Notes: a model not told the origin generated them from the sequence alone. A DNA stretch of 64,000 bases from Eubacteriales bacterium (GCA_045631745.1 JAZQVI010000068.1:852-64851), one strand, 5' to 3'; positions 9,501 to 18,819 are shown, numbered from the stretch's first letter. Numbers and translations: made by a program.

Positions 9501-9560
9501 CCGAATGCGGAACACCCGCTTTCAAAACAACATCACGACTCAAAAAAGCGAGGATAAAAC

Positions 9561-10382
9561 ATGAAAGAAGTAAATTGGAAGGAATGGATCATTCCAAACG
9601 AGGATGAAAAGCCGCTCGATTCTCTTTGCGCAGATGGCGGCATGAGTGGGATCTTTCGGACGGTTGCGTGCGTAGGAGACAGTCTTTCCTCGGGAGAATT
9701 TGAGGCAACCAACGAAAACGGCGAGAAAACATATCACGATATGTTTGAATACTCATGGGGACAGTTCTTCGCGCGAATGAGCGGGAATACCGTATATAAT
9801 TTCTCTCGCGGTGGAATGACCGCAAAGGAGTATTGTGAATCCTTTGCAGATGCAATGGATTATTGGAATCCCGAAAAGAAATGCAGAGCGTATGTCATTG
9901 CACTTGGCGTAAACGATCTGTTCAATCAGGGACGGTTGCTCGATGCGCAGGAAATCGGCTCGACAAAGGATATCTGCCTTGAGGACTGGAGACAAAATGC
10001 GCATAATTTTATGGGATACTACGCACAGATCATTCAACGATATAAGGAAATCCAGCCCGATGCAAAGTTCTTCCTGATGGCAATGCCGCGTAGCGAGACC
10101 TGGGATGCCGCCCGTGACGAGCTATGCAAAACGCATCGCAAAATGCTTTATGATCTCGCGGCGTTCTTCTCCAACACCTACGTCCTGGATCTCTATGAAT
10201 ACGCCCCCATTTATGACGAGGACTTCAAGCGCGTGTACTATCTGGGCGGACACCTGAACCCCATGGGATACGTTCTTACGGCAAAAATGCTGGCTTCCTA
10301 TCTGGATTACATCATCCGCCACAACTACAATGATTTCAAACAGATCGGATTTGTCGGCACCCCCTTCCGATACAACGAGTAA
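9561..10382 (+). CDS. SGNH/GDSL-family hydrolase (probable carbohydrate esterase)
   Basis: Block I ACVGDSLSSGE, block III ALGVND. 273 aa, no signal peptide. Confidence 0.75.
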   Translation: MKEVNWKEWIIPNEDEKPLDSLCADGGMSGIFRTVACVGDSLSSGEFEATNENGEKTYHDMFEYSWGQFFARMSGNTVYNFSRGGMTAKEYCESFADAMDYWNPEKKCRAYVIALGVNDLFNQGRLLDAQEIGSTKDICLEDWRQNAHNFMGYYAQIIQRYKEIQPDAKFFLMAMPRSETWDAARDELCKTHRKMLYDLAAFFSNTYVLDLYEYAPIYDEDFKRVYYLGGHLNPMGYVLTAKMLASYLDYIIRHNYNDFKQIGFVGTPFRYNE

Positions 10383-10436
10383 AGGGATAAGGCTACTTCC
10401 ATTTTCGTGGACTAAAAAAAGAACTGACAAACAAAA

Positions 10437-10465
10437 CAGGGGCTGCGTCATTTACGCAGCCCCTG
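10437..10465. terminator. GC-rich 12-bp hairpin after the SGNH gene
   Basis: caggggctgcgt cattt acgcagcccctg. The U-tract is on the minus-strand side (ttttgtttg); the plus side is followed by a second weak A/T hairpin (aaaaaagcc..ggctttttt). Confidence 0.45.
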
Positions 10466-10565
10466 CGCAAAAAAGCCGACTAGGCTTTTTTGACGCGTGG
10501 AATTTGCGTTTTTTGCCTGTAAAACAGGCAAAAATTGCGGTGTTTAGCCGCAAAGCAAAAACGAC

Positions 10566-10607
10566 GGGGGTGAGTCACCTATGCATCTATGCATTTGACT
10601 CACCCCC
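10566..10607. terminator. 12-bp hairpin with 18-nt loop, T-rich on the plus side
   Basis: gggggtgagtca ...atgcatctatgcat... tgactcaccccc followed by tttcttatt. Confidence 0.4.
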
Positions 10608-10616
10608 TTTCTTATT

Positions 10617-10822
10617 CGTATGGGATTTGTAAGGGATTTTAGCCCATCGAAATGAAAAAAGTCGTTGAAAATCAAGGACTTTTTTCATGGCGGAGAAGGA
10701 GAGATTTAGAACTCAAGCGTGCGCTGTAATTCTGTTGTGATCTTCTATTCAATCTATGCGCACGCTCTGGCGTAATTGCCGCCAGCGGCAATTCGCGGAG
10801 TCCTGCATCATACACTTTTTTT
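10617..10822 (-). repeat. Direct repeat copy B (~206 bp), partner of 974-1176
   Basis: See copy A. The tRNA-like segment is at 10688-10713. Confidence 0.9.
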
Positions 10823-10825
10823 CAA

Positions 10826-10867
10826 CAAAAAAGATAGGCAACACCTTACGGCATTGCCTATCTTTTT
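10826..10867 (-). terminator. Intrinsic terminator of tRNA-Ser
   Basis: gataggcaa / ttgcctatc stem directly 3' of the tRNA on the minus strand, followed by a T run. Confidence 0.7.
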
Positions 10868-10959
10868 TGGCGGAGAAGGAGAGATTTGAACTCTCGCGCC
10901 GGTATAACCGGCCTACACCCTTAGCAGGGGCGCCTCTTCGGCCTCTTGAGTACTTCTCC
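10868..10959 (-). tRNA. tRNA-Ser (anticodon GCU), class II with long variable arm, CCA encoded
   Basis: The reverse complement folds by hand. Acceptor GGAGAAG/CTTCTCC. D arm CTC..GAG. Anticodon stem CGCCC/GGGTG with loop CT-GCT-AA. Variable arm GCCGG-TTATA-CCGGC. T arm GAGAG-TTCAAAT-CTCTC. 3' end G-CCA. Confidence 0.92.
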
Positions 10960-11007
10960 GTGTACTCGTCGCAGGGTGCCGTTTCCTTTTGCCTGCGGAC
11001 ATCACTT

Positions 11008-11036
11008 ATTATACACAATTTTATCCGCTTTGTCAA
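11008..11036 (-). promoter_or_regulatory. sigma-A type promoter for tRNA-Ser
   Basis: Minus strand TTGACA (11036-11031), 17-nt spacer, TATAAT (11013-11008). Confidence 0.65.
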
Positions 11037-11144
11037 GCCCTTTTTCTATTTTTATCCCTCCCTTTTTCAATTTGGTTTTTTCATTGATTTTGAGGCGATC
11101 TTCTGTAAAAATGCAATCGATCGCCTCGTGCAAAGTTTGACCTG

Positions 11145-13814
11145 TCAGTACCCTTTTTTACCCTTAACCTTCCTCCAGATCCATTTCCTCAAAATATCGA
11201 AAGGGAACACAAGTGATGCCATGAGCATCGTCACCCCCAGCTCTCTTGGAGTGAGCGGAACCGTTCGCAACACACTGCCGCCGATGTACACAAACAGAAT
11301 CTGTATTACCAATATCGCAACCATAATTCCCAGGAATACAGGGTTCTGCTTCAGCCCTGCTGAAAGCTTTAGTCGATCCGTTCTTGCATTGAAGCAGTTA
11401 AAGACCGACGCAAAAATGAACAATGCGAAGAATGCGGTGAGCAGATAGAGGTTGTTCTCATGGGGGCGAAATTGAGACGTGACGAGAGGGCATTTCAAAA
11501 ATAACAAACACAGCGCCACCGTAAATCCTCCAAGAACGGCAATCTCATCCACCATGTAGCCATTCAGAATTCCCGTTCCCCGTTTTTTCGGCTTTTCGTT
11601 CATGTATTCCGCCAGGGGTGCCTCTCCCGCAAACGCCAAGCCCCCGAGCGTATCCATGATGAGGTTGATCCAAAGCATCTGTACCACCGTAACAGGTGTA
11701 TCAACACCAAGGAAGGGACAGATCATGGTCACCCCTACCGCCGAAAAGTTCATGGTAAGCTGCAACGCAATAAATTTTCGGATGCTCTTAAAAATACTTC
11801 TTCCGTAAAGCACCGCCTTGACAATGGACGCTAAATTATTATCCAGTATTACGATATCCCCTGCATCCTTTGCGACCTGAGTACCGCCCCCCATTGAAAA
11901 TCCGATATCCGCGCGTCGGAGAGCGGGGGCATCATTGATCCCGTCTCCCGTCATACCGGTAACCAACTCCATCTCCTGCGCCACCCGAACCAATCGGCTC
12001 TTATCGGTCGGCAGCGCCCTTGCGACCACCGAAAGCCTTGGCAAAAGCTCCTTGAGCTGAACGTCCGAAAGCTTCGACAGCTCCTCTCCCGTCAGTGCCA
12101 CCGGAGTTTTGGCGGTTTGGATCCCGCACATTTGTGCAATCGCCGATGCTGTTTCCTTGTTATCCCCCGTAATCATAATGACCTGAATCCCCGCGCGATG
12201 CAGATCTGATACCGCACCAGGGGCTTCCCGACGGATGGGATCGGAAAGACATAGGACAGACACCAAAACAAGACCACCCCTTACCCTGTCTCGATGAGAG
12301 GCGGCAGGAATATCCTCGGCAGACAACGCGAGCAGCAAACACCGGTTTCCCCTTTTTGTTCTCTCTGACAGGGCACTCTCTATCTTCTTTTTTGAATATG
12401 CCCCCATACTTCCATCCGGATAGATCGCGCTTTGAACATACGGCAAAAGTTTCTCGGGAGCTCCCAGAAGAAAGGTCATGCTGTTTCTCCCCTTGTAGCT
12501 GACAGCTGCATACTTTCTCTCACTTTCAAAACGCAGTCTTGAAAACACGCGGTATCCTTCGAGGTCAGGAAGCGCAGCGATCCCCTCGAGAAGCGCACGA
12601 TCGGTTGCATTTCCGCCAATCGCACGTCCACCCTCTCCCATCATTGCCTCTCCTCCGCGAAGTCCAAGGGAGAGCAGCTCTGCAAAAAATCGTCCCCTTA
12701 AGAGAATGGACTCTGCCGTAGGGCAAACACCGCCATCTGCAGTCAGAACCTCGGTCAACTTCATTTTTCCTTCGGTCAGCGTGCCCGTTTTGTCTGTAAA
12801 CAGCAGATTCATGCTCCCCGCCGCCTCGATCCCGACCGGCTTTCTCACCAGCACATTGTCTCTGACCATTCTGCGGATATTTCCCGAAAGCACAACTGCA
12901 ATCATCATGGGAAGCCCCTCGGGAACGGCTACCACAATCACCGTCAAACCAAGCGTGAAGGCGTGAAAGAGCTTAGACAGGAGATACGGCGCATCCAAAA
13001 GCTTGATCCGAATGACCTCCCATCGCATTCCGCTATCCAAAAGGAACACATGGAACAAATATGCCAGCGTCACTAAAATCGCCGCAACATATCCCAGCGC
13101 GCTGATCTGTTTTGCAAGCTTGGCAAGACGGATCTTGAGGGGACTGTCTCTCTGCTCCATCTGCACCTCTCTTGAGATCTGTCCCAAAAAGGTTGCGTCG
13201 CCCACCGAGGTGACGCCCATCTCTCCCCCGCCTGCCGTTACGGTGCAACCCCGAAACAAGGCTGATGGGGAGGTTGGATCCCTTGAAACATTGTCAGACG
13301 GAAGCTTGCTCACCTCCCGACTTTCCCCCGTCATGGCAGATTGATCGCTGGCGAGAGCTCCCGCCAAAAGAAGTCCGTCCGCCGGGATCCGTTCTCCTGC
13401 GCAAAGCAGAACAATATCCCCAACCACAACCTCGCTCATGGGAATCTCGCACACCCGTCCCTCCCGACGAACGCGGCACACCACCTTTTCATTCTCTTTT
13501 GACAACTCCTCAAACGCCCGCTCGGAGGAACACTCCGACAAAGTAGAGATGAATGCCGCTAAAAAAACGGCAATGGCAATCCCAACCGTCTCCACCCAAT
13601 CCGCACCTCGAACGGCAAGAATCAGATTGACCGCCAGCGCTCCTAAAAGAATTCGAATAACGGGGTCGTTTAAATTCCCCAAAAACCGTTTCCAAAAGGA
13701 TTTTCCCTTCTGTTTTGATAACACGTTCCGTCCAAATCGACTTGCCGATGACTCAACCTCTTCCTCCGCCAAGCCCACTCGACGAAAATCCTCCGCCCTT
13801 TTGAATTCTGTCAT
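11145..13814 (-). CDS. P-type cation-transporting ATPase, P2 (Ca2+-ATPase-like) family
   Basis: Part of ORF 11145..13862; start ATG 13814 preceded by GGAGGGA. Motifs FTDKTGTLTEGKM, VPEGLP and MTGDGINDAPALRRADIG. Confidence 0.85.
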   Translation of the reverse strand: MTEFKRAEDFRRVGLAEEEVESSASRFGRNVLSKQKGKSFWKRFLGNLNDPVIRILLGALAVNLILAVRGADWVETVGIAIAVFLAAFISTLSECSSERAFEELSKENEKVVCRVRREGRVCEIPMSEVVVGDIVLLCAGERIPADGLLLAGALASDQSAMTGESREVSKLPSDNVSRDPTSPSALFRGCTVTAGGGEMGVTSVGDATFLGQISREVQMEQRDSPLKIRLAKLAKQISALGYVAAILVTLAYLFHVFLLDSGMRWEVIRIKLLDAPYLLSKLFHAFTLGLTVIVVAVPEGLPMMIAVVLSGNIRRMVRDNVLVRKPVGIEAAGSMNLLFTDKTGTLTEGKMKLTEVLTADGGVCPTAESILLRGRFFAELLSLGLRGGEAMMGEGGRAIGGNATDRALLEGIAALPDLEGYRVFSRLRFESERKYAAVSYKGRNSMTFLLGAPEKLLPYVQSAIYPDGSMGAYSKKKIESALSERTKRGNRCLLLALSAEDIPAASHRDRVRGGLVLVSVLCLSDPIRREAPGAVSDLHRAGIQVIMITGDNKETASAIAQMCGIQTAKTPVALTGEELSKLSDVQLKELLPRLSVVARALPTDKSRLVRVAQEMELVTGMTGDGINDAPALRRADIGFSMGGGTQVAKDAGDIVILDNNLASIVKAVLYGRSIFKSIRKFIALQLTMNFSAVGVTMICPFLGVDTPVTVVQMLWINLIMDTLGGLAFAGEAPLAEYMNEKPKKRGTGILNGYMVDEIAVLGGFTVALCLLFLKCPLVTSQFRPHENNLYLLTAFFALFIFASVFNCFNARTDRLKLSAGLKQNPVFLGIMVAILVIQILFVYIGGSVLRTVPLTPRELGVTMLMASLVFPFDILRKWIWRKVKGKKGY

Positions 13815-13885
13815 TTCCGTCCCTCCGCGCACTTGATTCATACCACTATATGAAAAAAACACCTTAAAAATACGGCGTGGGAGGA

Positions 13886-13918
13886 CAAAAAAAGGAACCG
13901 TAAAAAACGGTTCCTTAT
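13886..13918 (-). terminator. Intrinsic terminator after pfkA
   Basis: aaggaaccg / cggttcctt stem followed by TTTTTTT on the minus strand. Confidence 0.7.
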
Positions 13919-13937
13919 TTTTGAAATTCCTAAAATC

Positions 13938-15014
13938 TCAGAATGCCATATCATTTGCAACAGCATAGAGTCTCTTGATCTCGGCACGGCGCTTTTCTGC
14001 CATTTCCTCCATCGCCCGAACCTCTTCCTTTGTGAACTTGTCCAGGTCTCCTGCCTTGAGCTTGTTTTTATACATACGGTCTGCAATCAGAGCCCAGGAA
14101 ATATCCACGGGAGTTACCACGCCGTCCAGTTCACACATCACCGCGTTGCTCTTGCCCTCCACCAGCATCTCAACTGCCTTTACAGACATCTCTGCCGCCG
14201 TGACACGGTCGCGGACGGTAGGTCTGCCACCTCTGACGATGTGCGCCAAACGTGCAAACTTGGTCTCTACACCGGTGTTCTCGGCAATTCTCTTTGCAAG
14301 CGTCTCACCGTAAGGCGTTCCGTCGGGATTTCGCATACCCTCGGATACCATCACGATCATTCCGCGCTTACCAGACGCGCGAAGAGCACGAATTCTTTCA
14401 AATGCAGCCTCCTCATCAAACGGAACCTCGGGAATCGCCACCGCAGCGGCTCCCGATGCGATTGCCGCGTAGAGCGCAATCTGTCCGCAGTCGCGTCCCA
14501 TAACCTCTACAACGTTCAAACGTGCATGAGACTCACAGGTATCGCGCAGGCAGTCCACCATCTCCACGGTGGTATTGATTGCAGTATCCAATCCAATCGT
14601 GTAATCGGTTGCAGTGATGTCGTTGTCAATGGTTCCGGGAAGTCCGATCGAAGGGATTCCGTGCAGGGTCATATCGGTCGCGCCGCGGAAGGTTCCGTCG
14701 CCGCCGATACATACCAGCGCATCAATTCCGTTTTCACGGCAGACCTTGACCGCCTGCATAACACCGGCCTCCTCCTTGAATTCAGGGCAACGGCTGGAAT
14801 ACAGCATTGTACCGCCCAAGCCGATGGCAGTGCTCATTTTCTCGCAGGTGAGTTCAACGAATTCTCCGCGCATCAACCCCGTATATCCGCCAACAACGCC
14901 AACGACCTCAATTCCAAGAGACGTTGCCTTGCTCAAAACGGCCTTGATGCAAACGTTCATTCCGGGAGCATCTCCGCCGGACGTCAAAATTCCAATCTTT
15001 TTGAAACTTGCCAT
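13938..15014 (-). CDS. pfkA: ATP-dependent 6-phosphofructokinase
   Basis: MASFKKIGILTSGGDAPGMN, IGGDGTF and GLPGTIDNDI motifs. 358 aa. Confidence 0.93.
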   Translation of the reverse strand: MASFKKIGILTSGGDAPGMNVCIKAVLSKATSLGIEVVGVVGGYTGLMRGEFVELTCEKMSTAIGLGGTMLYSSRCPEFKEEAGVMQAVKVCRENGIDALVCIGGDGTFRGATDMTLHGIPSIGLPGTIDNDITATDYTIGLDTAINTTVEMVDCLRDTCESHARLNVVEVMGRDCGQIALYAAIASGAAAVAIPEVPFDEEAAFERIRALRASGKRGMIVMVSEGMRNPDGTPYGETLAKRIAENTGVETKFARLAHIVRGGRPTVRDRVTAAEMSVKAVEMLVEGKSNAVMCELDGVVTPVDISWALIADRMYKNKLKAGDLDKFTKEEVRAMEEMAEKRRAEIKRLYAVANDMAF

Positions 15015-15152
15015 TTTATCACTCCTAAACCATCTTTAAATGTTTGTCTATGTTATTGTAATATATCTTTTTCAAAAAATCAAGATATTATGAAAAACAT
15101 CCGTATTTTTATCCTCCATGACCGGCATCGCACTTTCGACCCTGTTTTTCAT

Positions 15153-15260
15153 TCAAACAGATCGCGTTCTTTTGTGCAATTTCTTAGGTGCCCTTCCCGA
15201 AAACAGTTTTCTGAGAACGGGAGAGAGAATCGCGGGTGCCTTCCAAACAATCATTTTCAT
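15153..15260 (-). CDS. Candidate unannotated small basic protein (35 aa)
   Basis: Hand translation gives MKMIVWKAPAILSPVLRKLFSGRAPKKLHKRTRSV*. GAGGAGGGG lies 5-7 nt upstream of the ATG. It sits in the 293-bp gap between the Nudix gene and pfkA. It is below the 60-aa cut-off of the ORF track. Confidence 0.3.
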   Translation of the reverse strand: MKMIVWKAPAILSPVLRKLFSGRAPKKLHKRTRSV

Positions 15261-15307
15261 ATGTGCCCCTCCTCGCAGTTTGATTCTGCTAAAGGATATG
15301 CGGGCAT

Positions 15308-15784
15308 TCAGTTTTTGGTGTTTGCTCGGGAGAGGGGGTATCCTTTTTTCTCGATCGTCTCCATGGCTGCACGGAAAACAGTCTTGTCGTTCTCATGCGT
15401 GAGGGACGCCTCTGCCTGCTCGATCGGAACCCACTCCACCTGCGCGATCTCACCGATTCGCGGACGAACCTCCGACTGCGCGGTTTCGGTCAGGAAATAC
15501 ACGACCTCCTTACGGACTCCCGGCATAGGATTGTAGTGCACGGTTTGCCGAAAATCAGACAAGATGCGGATCTGCACGGCGGTCTCCTCGTACACCTCGC
15601 GGATCGCAGTCATATACTCGGTTTCTCCGCGTTCCATATGCCCCTTGGGGAAGGAACGGTGTCCGCCGTTCTTGTGACGAATCATCAGAATATACGTTTT
15701 TTCACTTTCCACGTCGCGGCGCAACACCAGCGCGCCACACGATTTTTCACGACGCATCCGCTTTTGGTCCTTTCCGTTTTGCAC
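15308..15784 (-). CDS. Nudix hydrolase
   Basis: Nudix box GHMERGETEYMTAIREVYEETAV. Start is uncertain (GTG 15784 or ATG 15757). Confidence 0.8.
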   Translation of the reverse strand: MQNGKDQKRMRREKSCGALVLRRDVESEKTYILMIRHKNGGHRSFPKGHMERGETEYMTAIREVYEETAVQIRILSDFRQTVHYNPMPGVRKEVVYFLTETAQSEVRPRIGEIAQVEWVPIEQAEASLTHENDKTVFRAAMETIEKKGYPLSRANTKN

Positions 15785-15824
15785 AGCGGGAATCGGGCTT
15801 GATTCCCGCTATGCCAAACATTTT

Positions 15825-18776
15825 TTACTTTACCTCGATCTGCTCCATTACGAAGGCCTCGAGAACGTCTCCAACCTTGATGTCGTTGAACTTCTCCAAT
15901 CCAACGCCGCACTCGTATCCGCTGTTAACCTCTTTTGCGTCATCCTTGAAACGCTTGAGAGAGGAAATGCGGTCCTCAAAGATCACGATGCTGTCACGCA
16001 GCACACGAATCTGAGACTGACGAGTGATCTTTCCGTCTTGGATATAGCATCCTGCAATCGTTCCGACGTTGGGCACGTGAATGGTCTGACGGACCTCGGC
16101 GTGTCCCAGGATATTCTCCTTGAACTTGGGAGCAAGCATACCCTTCATTGCGGCCTCGATCTCCTCGATGCACTCGTAAATAACACGGTATGTGCGAATC
16201 TCAACGTTCTGACGCTCCGCGGAGTCGATCGCGGACTTATCGGGACGCACGTTGAATCCGACGATAATTGCATCGGATGCTGCCGCGAAGGTAACGTCAC
16301 CCTCGGTGATGCCTCCTGCAGCTGCGTGAATGATGCGAACCTTAACTTCCTCATTAGAGAGCTTCTCAAGAGACTGCTTGACAGCCTCCACAGATCCTCC
16401 AACGTCCGCCTTGACGATGACGTTGAGGTTCTTGACACCCTCCGAGATCTGCGCGAACAAGTCGTTCAGACTTGCTCTTGCATTGGCACGGAACACCTCT
16501 TCCTTTGCGGAATCACGACGCTGGTCAGCCAGTGTTCTTGCCATTCTTTCATCCTCTACCGCCTGGAACTCATCTCCCGAGGAAGGAACCTCGGCAAGTC
16601 CGGTAATCTCAACCGGAACAGAGGGAGCCGCTTCCTTAAGCAGCTTTCCGGTGTGGTCCATCATCGAACGGACACGTCCCACCGCAGTACCTGCGATGAT
16701 GATATCTCCGTTTCTCAGCGTTCCATTCTGAACCAGAACGGTCGCAACGGGTCCTCTTCCCTTATCCAGCTTTGCTTCTATCACGATACCCTTTGCACGA
16801 CGGTTGGGATTTGCCTTCAATTCCTTCATGTCAGCAACGAGCAATACGTTCTCAAGCAGATCGTCAATTCCCTCGTGCTTAAGTGCAGACACGGGAACAC
16901 AGATCACATCTCCACCCCACTCCTCGGGCACCAGGTCATATTTGGTCAACTCCTGCTTGATCGCATCGGGGTTTGCGGTGGGTTTATCCATCTTGTTGAT
17001 CGCAACCACAATCTCGATTCCCGCAGCCTTTGCATGGTTGATTGCCTCAACCGTCTGGGGCATCACACCGTCGTCTGCCGCAACAACCAGGATTGCGATA
17101 TCGGTTGCCATTGCACCTCTTGCACGCATCGCGGTAAAGGCTTCGTGTCCGGGGGTATCCAGGAAGGTCATATCTCTGCCTCCCACATTTACACGGTAAG
17201 CACCGATGTGCTGGGTAATACCACCCGCCTCGCCTGCGGTAACATTTGCATGTCTGATTGCGTCCAAAATGGACGTCTTTCCGTGGTCAACGTGTCCCAT
17301 AACGCACACAACGGGTGCGCGAGACTCCAGCTGCTCCTCGGTATCCTCTACCTCGTCAAACAGCTTATCCTCAATGCTCACCACAACCTCCTTGGTCGCG
17401 GTTACGCCGAATTCTTCACATACCAGTGCGGCATAGTCATACTCAATGACCTGGTTTACGGTCACCATCATACCCATCATAATGAGCTTCTTGACGACCT
17501 CGCCCGCGGTCACCATCAAACGGGATGCCAGCTGACCAACCACGATCTCCTCGGGAAGCTCAACGCTGGTGGGACGCTTGATGACATTGGACTGCATGGG
17601 AACGTTCTGTGCCCGTCCCTTCTTGCCCTTGCCTGCAAACTGATTCTTGCCGCCTGCGATCGGATTGCCGGTCTGCTTCTTCACTCTCTGGTTTCCGCCG
17701 CGGAGATTGTTCTCGCGGTCGGATGCAAAGGTCTCCAGCTTTTCATCGTATTTCGAGAGATCCACTCCGGCGGAGCCTCTGGTATCCACCACACGGGGAC
17801 CCTTGAGTGTTCCATCGGGATTGACGTTGGTCGTCGCACCTCTGACAATGGGCTGTGCCTTGAAGGTGTCTCTGGGGCCGCCCTGTACGAAATCTCCCTT
17901 ATCCTTATCAAATTTCTGACCGCCGCGGTTGTTCTGCGGACGGTTCTGACCGCCCTGGCGATTTCCGCCGAAGGAGCCGCCAAAGCTATCGTTTCCGCCA
18001 AAGGAAGGACGGTTGCCGCCAAACTGCTGGGGACGGCCGCCAAAGCCTCCCTGCGCGGGTTGGCCATAAGAATTGCGCTGGGTATTTGCTCCGCCTCCGT
18101 TATTGGAGTAGGGGCGTGCACCTGCTCCTGCAGCAGAACCTGCCTGCGGACGGGGCTGATAACCGCCACTCGAGGCCTGATTTGCATTGGGATTCGGTCT
18201 TCCACCCGCTGTGGGCGCAGGACGGTATCCTGCCGCGGGATTCGTATTCATTCTCTGCTGGGGTGCTCCGTTCTGCGGACGTGCGCCCATAGGTCTTTCG
18301 TTCGTCGAAGCGTTCGCAGGACGTGCGCTTTCGACAGGTGCAGCTTTTTTAGGTGCAGGAGCAACAGGCTCCGCCTTTGCAGCGGGAGCTTCCGGTTTTT
18401 CAACCGTCTTTGCAGGCGCTGCGGGCTTCTTTTCCTCCACGGGTGCGGGAGTCTCTGCCTTAACAGGAGCCACCTCGGGCGCCTTCTTTTCTGCCTCAAC
18501 AGGCTTCTGCTCTGCTTCCTCTGCCGGTTTTTCTTCCTTTACGGGCTTCTTTTTGGAGGGAATATAGGTCTTCCCATCAAGATATGCGCCAACGTCATCG
18601 ATCTGATTCTCGCGTGTCAGCGTGTCAAACAAAATGTCAAACTCGGAGGAATCCAGCGTTTTCTGCGCCGTAGCCTCCTTTCCGTGCTTTGACAAAATTT
18701 CGATCAGATCCTTTCCCTTCAGTCCAAGATCCTTTGCAAGCTTGTTAAGCTTAAATTGTGTTTTTGTATCAGCCAT
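15825..18776 (-). CDS. infB: Translation initiation factor IF-2 with an extended low-complexity N-terminal region
   Basis: Part of ORF 15825..18941; start ATG 18776 ([18 protein letters not shown]) preceded by GGAGG. G domain [25 protein letters not shown]. Confidence 0.93.
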   Translation of the reverse strand: MADTKTQFKLNKLAKDLGLKGKDLIEILSKHGKEATAQKTLDSSEFDILFDTLTRENQIDDVGAYLDGKTYIPSKKKPVKEEKPAEEAEQKPVEAEKKAPEVAPVKAETPAPVEEKKPAAPAKTVEKPEAPAAKAEPVAPAPKKAAPVESARPANASTNERPMGARPQNGAPQQRMNTNPAAGYRPAPTAGGRPNPNANQASSGGYQPRPQAGSAAGAGARPYSNNGGGANTQRNSYGQPAQGGFGGRPQQFGGNRPSFGGNDSFGGSFGGNRQGGQNRPQNNRGGQKFDKDKGDFVQGGPRDTFKAQPIVRGATTNVNPDGTLKGPRVVDTRGSAGVDLSKYDEKLETFASDRENNLRGGNQRVKKQTGNPIAGGKNQFAGKGKKGRAQNVPMQSNVIKRPTSVELPEEIVVGQLASRLMVTAGEVVKKLIMMGMMVTVNQVIEYDYAALVCEEFGVTATKEVVVSIEDKLFDEVEDTEEQLESRAPVVCVMGHVDHGKTSILDAIRHANVTAGEAGGITQHIGAYRVNVGGRDMTFLDTPGHEAFTAMRARGAMATDIAILVVAADDGVMPQTVEAINHAKAAGIEIVVAINKMDKPTANPDAIKQELTKYDLVPEEWGGDVICVPVSALKHEGIDDLLENVLLVADMKELKANPNRRAKGIVIEAKLDKGRGPVATVLVQNGTLRNGDIIIAGTAVGRVRSMMDHTGKLLKEAAPSVPVEITGLAEVPSSGDEFQAVEDERMARTLADQRRDSAKEEVFRANARASLNDLFAQISEGVKNLNVIVKADVGGSVEAVKQSLEKLSNEEVKVRIIHAAAGGITEGDVTFAAASDAIIVGFNVRPDKSAIDSAERQNVEIRTYRVIYECIEEIEAAMKGMLAPKFKENILGHAEVRQTIHVPNVGTIAGCYIQDGKITRQSQIRVLRDSIVIFEDRISSLKRFKDDAKEVNSGYECGVGLEKFNDIKVGDVLEAFVMEQIEVK

Positions 18777-18819
18777 ATACCCTCCTGATCTCTCCGCAAA
18801 ACCGCAGATCTTGCAGAGA

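Noticed and set aside
10756-11448. 230-aa plus-strand ORF spanning repeat B, the tRNA-Ser and the 3' end of the ATPase gene. Also the small ORFs 816..1025, 967..1197 and 10749..11036.
   Set aside because: They run through a tRNA gene, terminator hairpins and the antisense of a well-supported CDS. None has an RBS.
15785-15810. 10-bp hairpin (agcgggaatc/gattcccgct) after infB as an intrinsic terminator.
   Set aside because: No U-tract follows it on the minus strand, and the Nudix ORF begins immediately after. It is more likely an RNA-stability or processing hairpin. I did not list it as a terminator.
16038-18692. 884-aa plus-strand ORF opposite infB.
   Set aside because: It is a codon-aligned shadow of infB (16038-15825 is divisible by 3). 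infB is unambiguous from its G-domain motifs.
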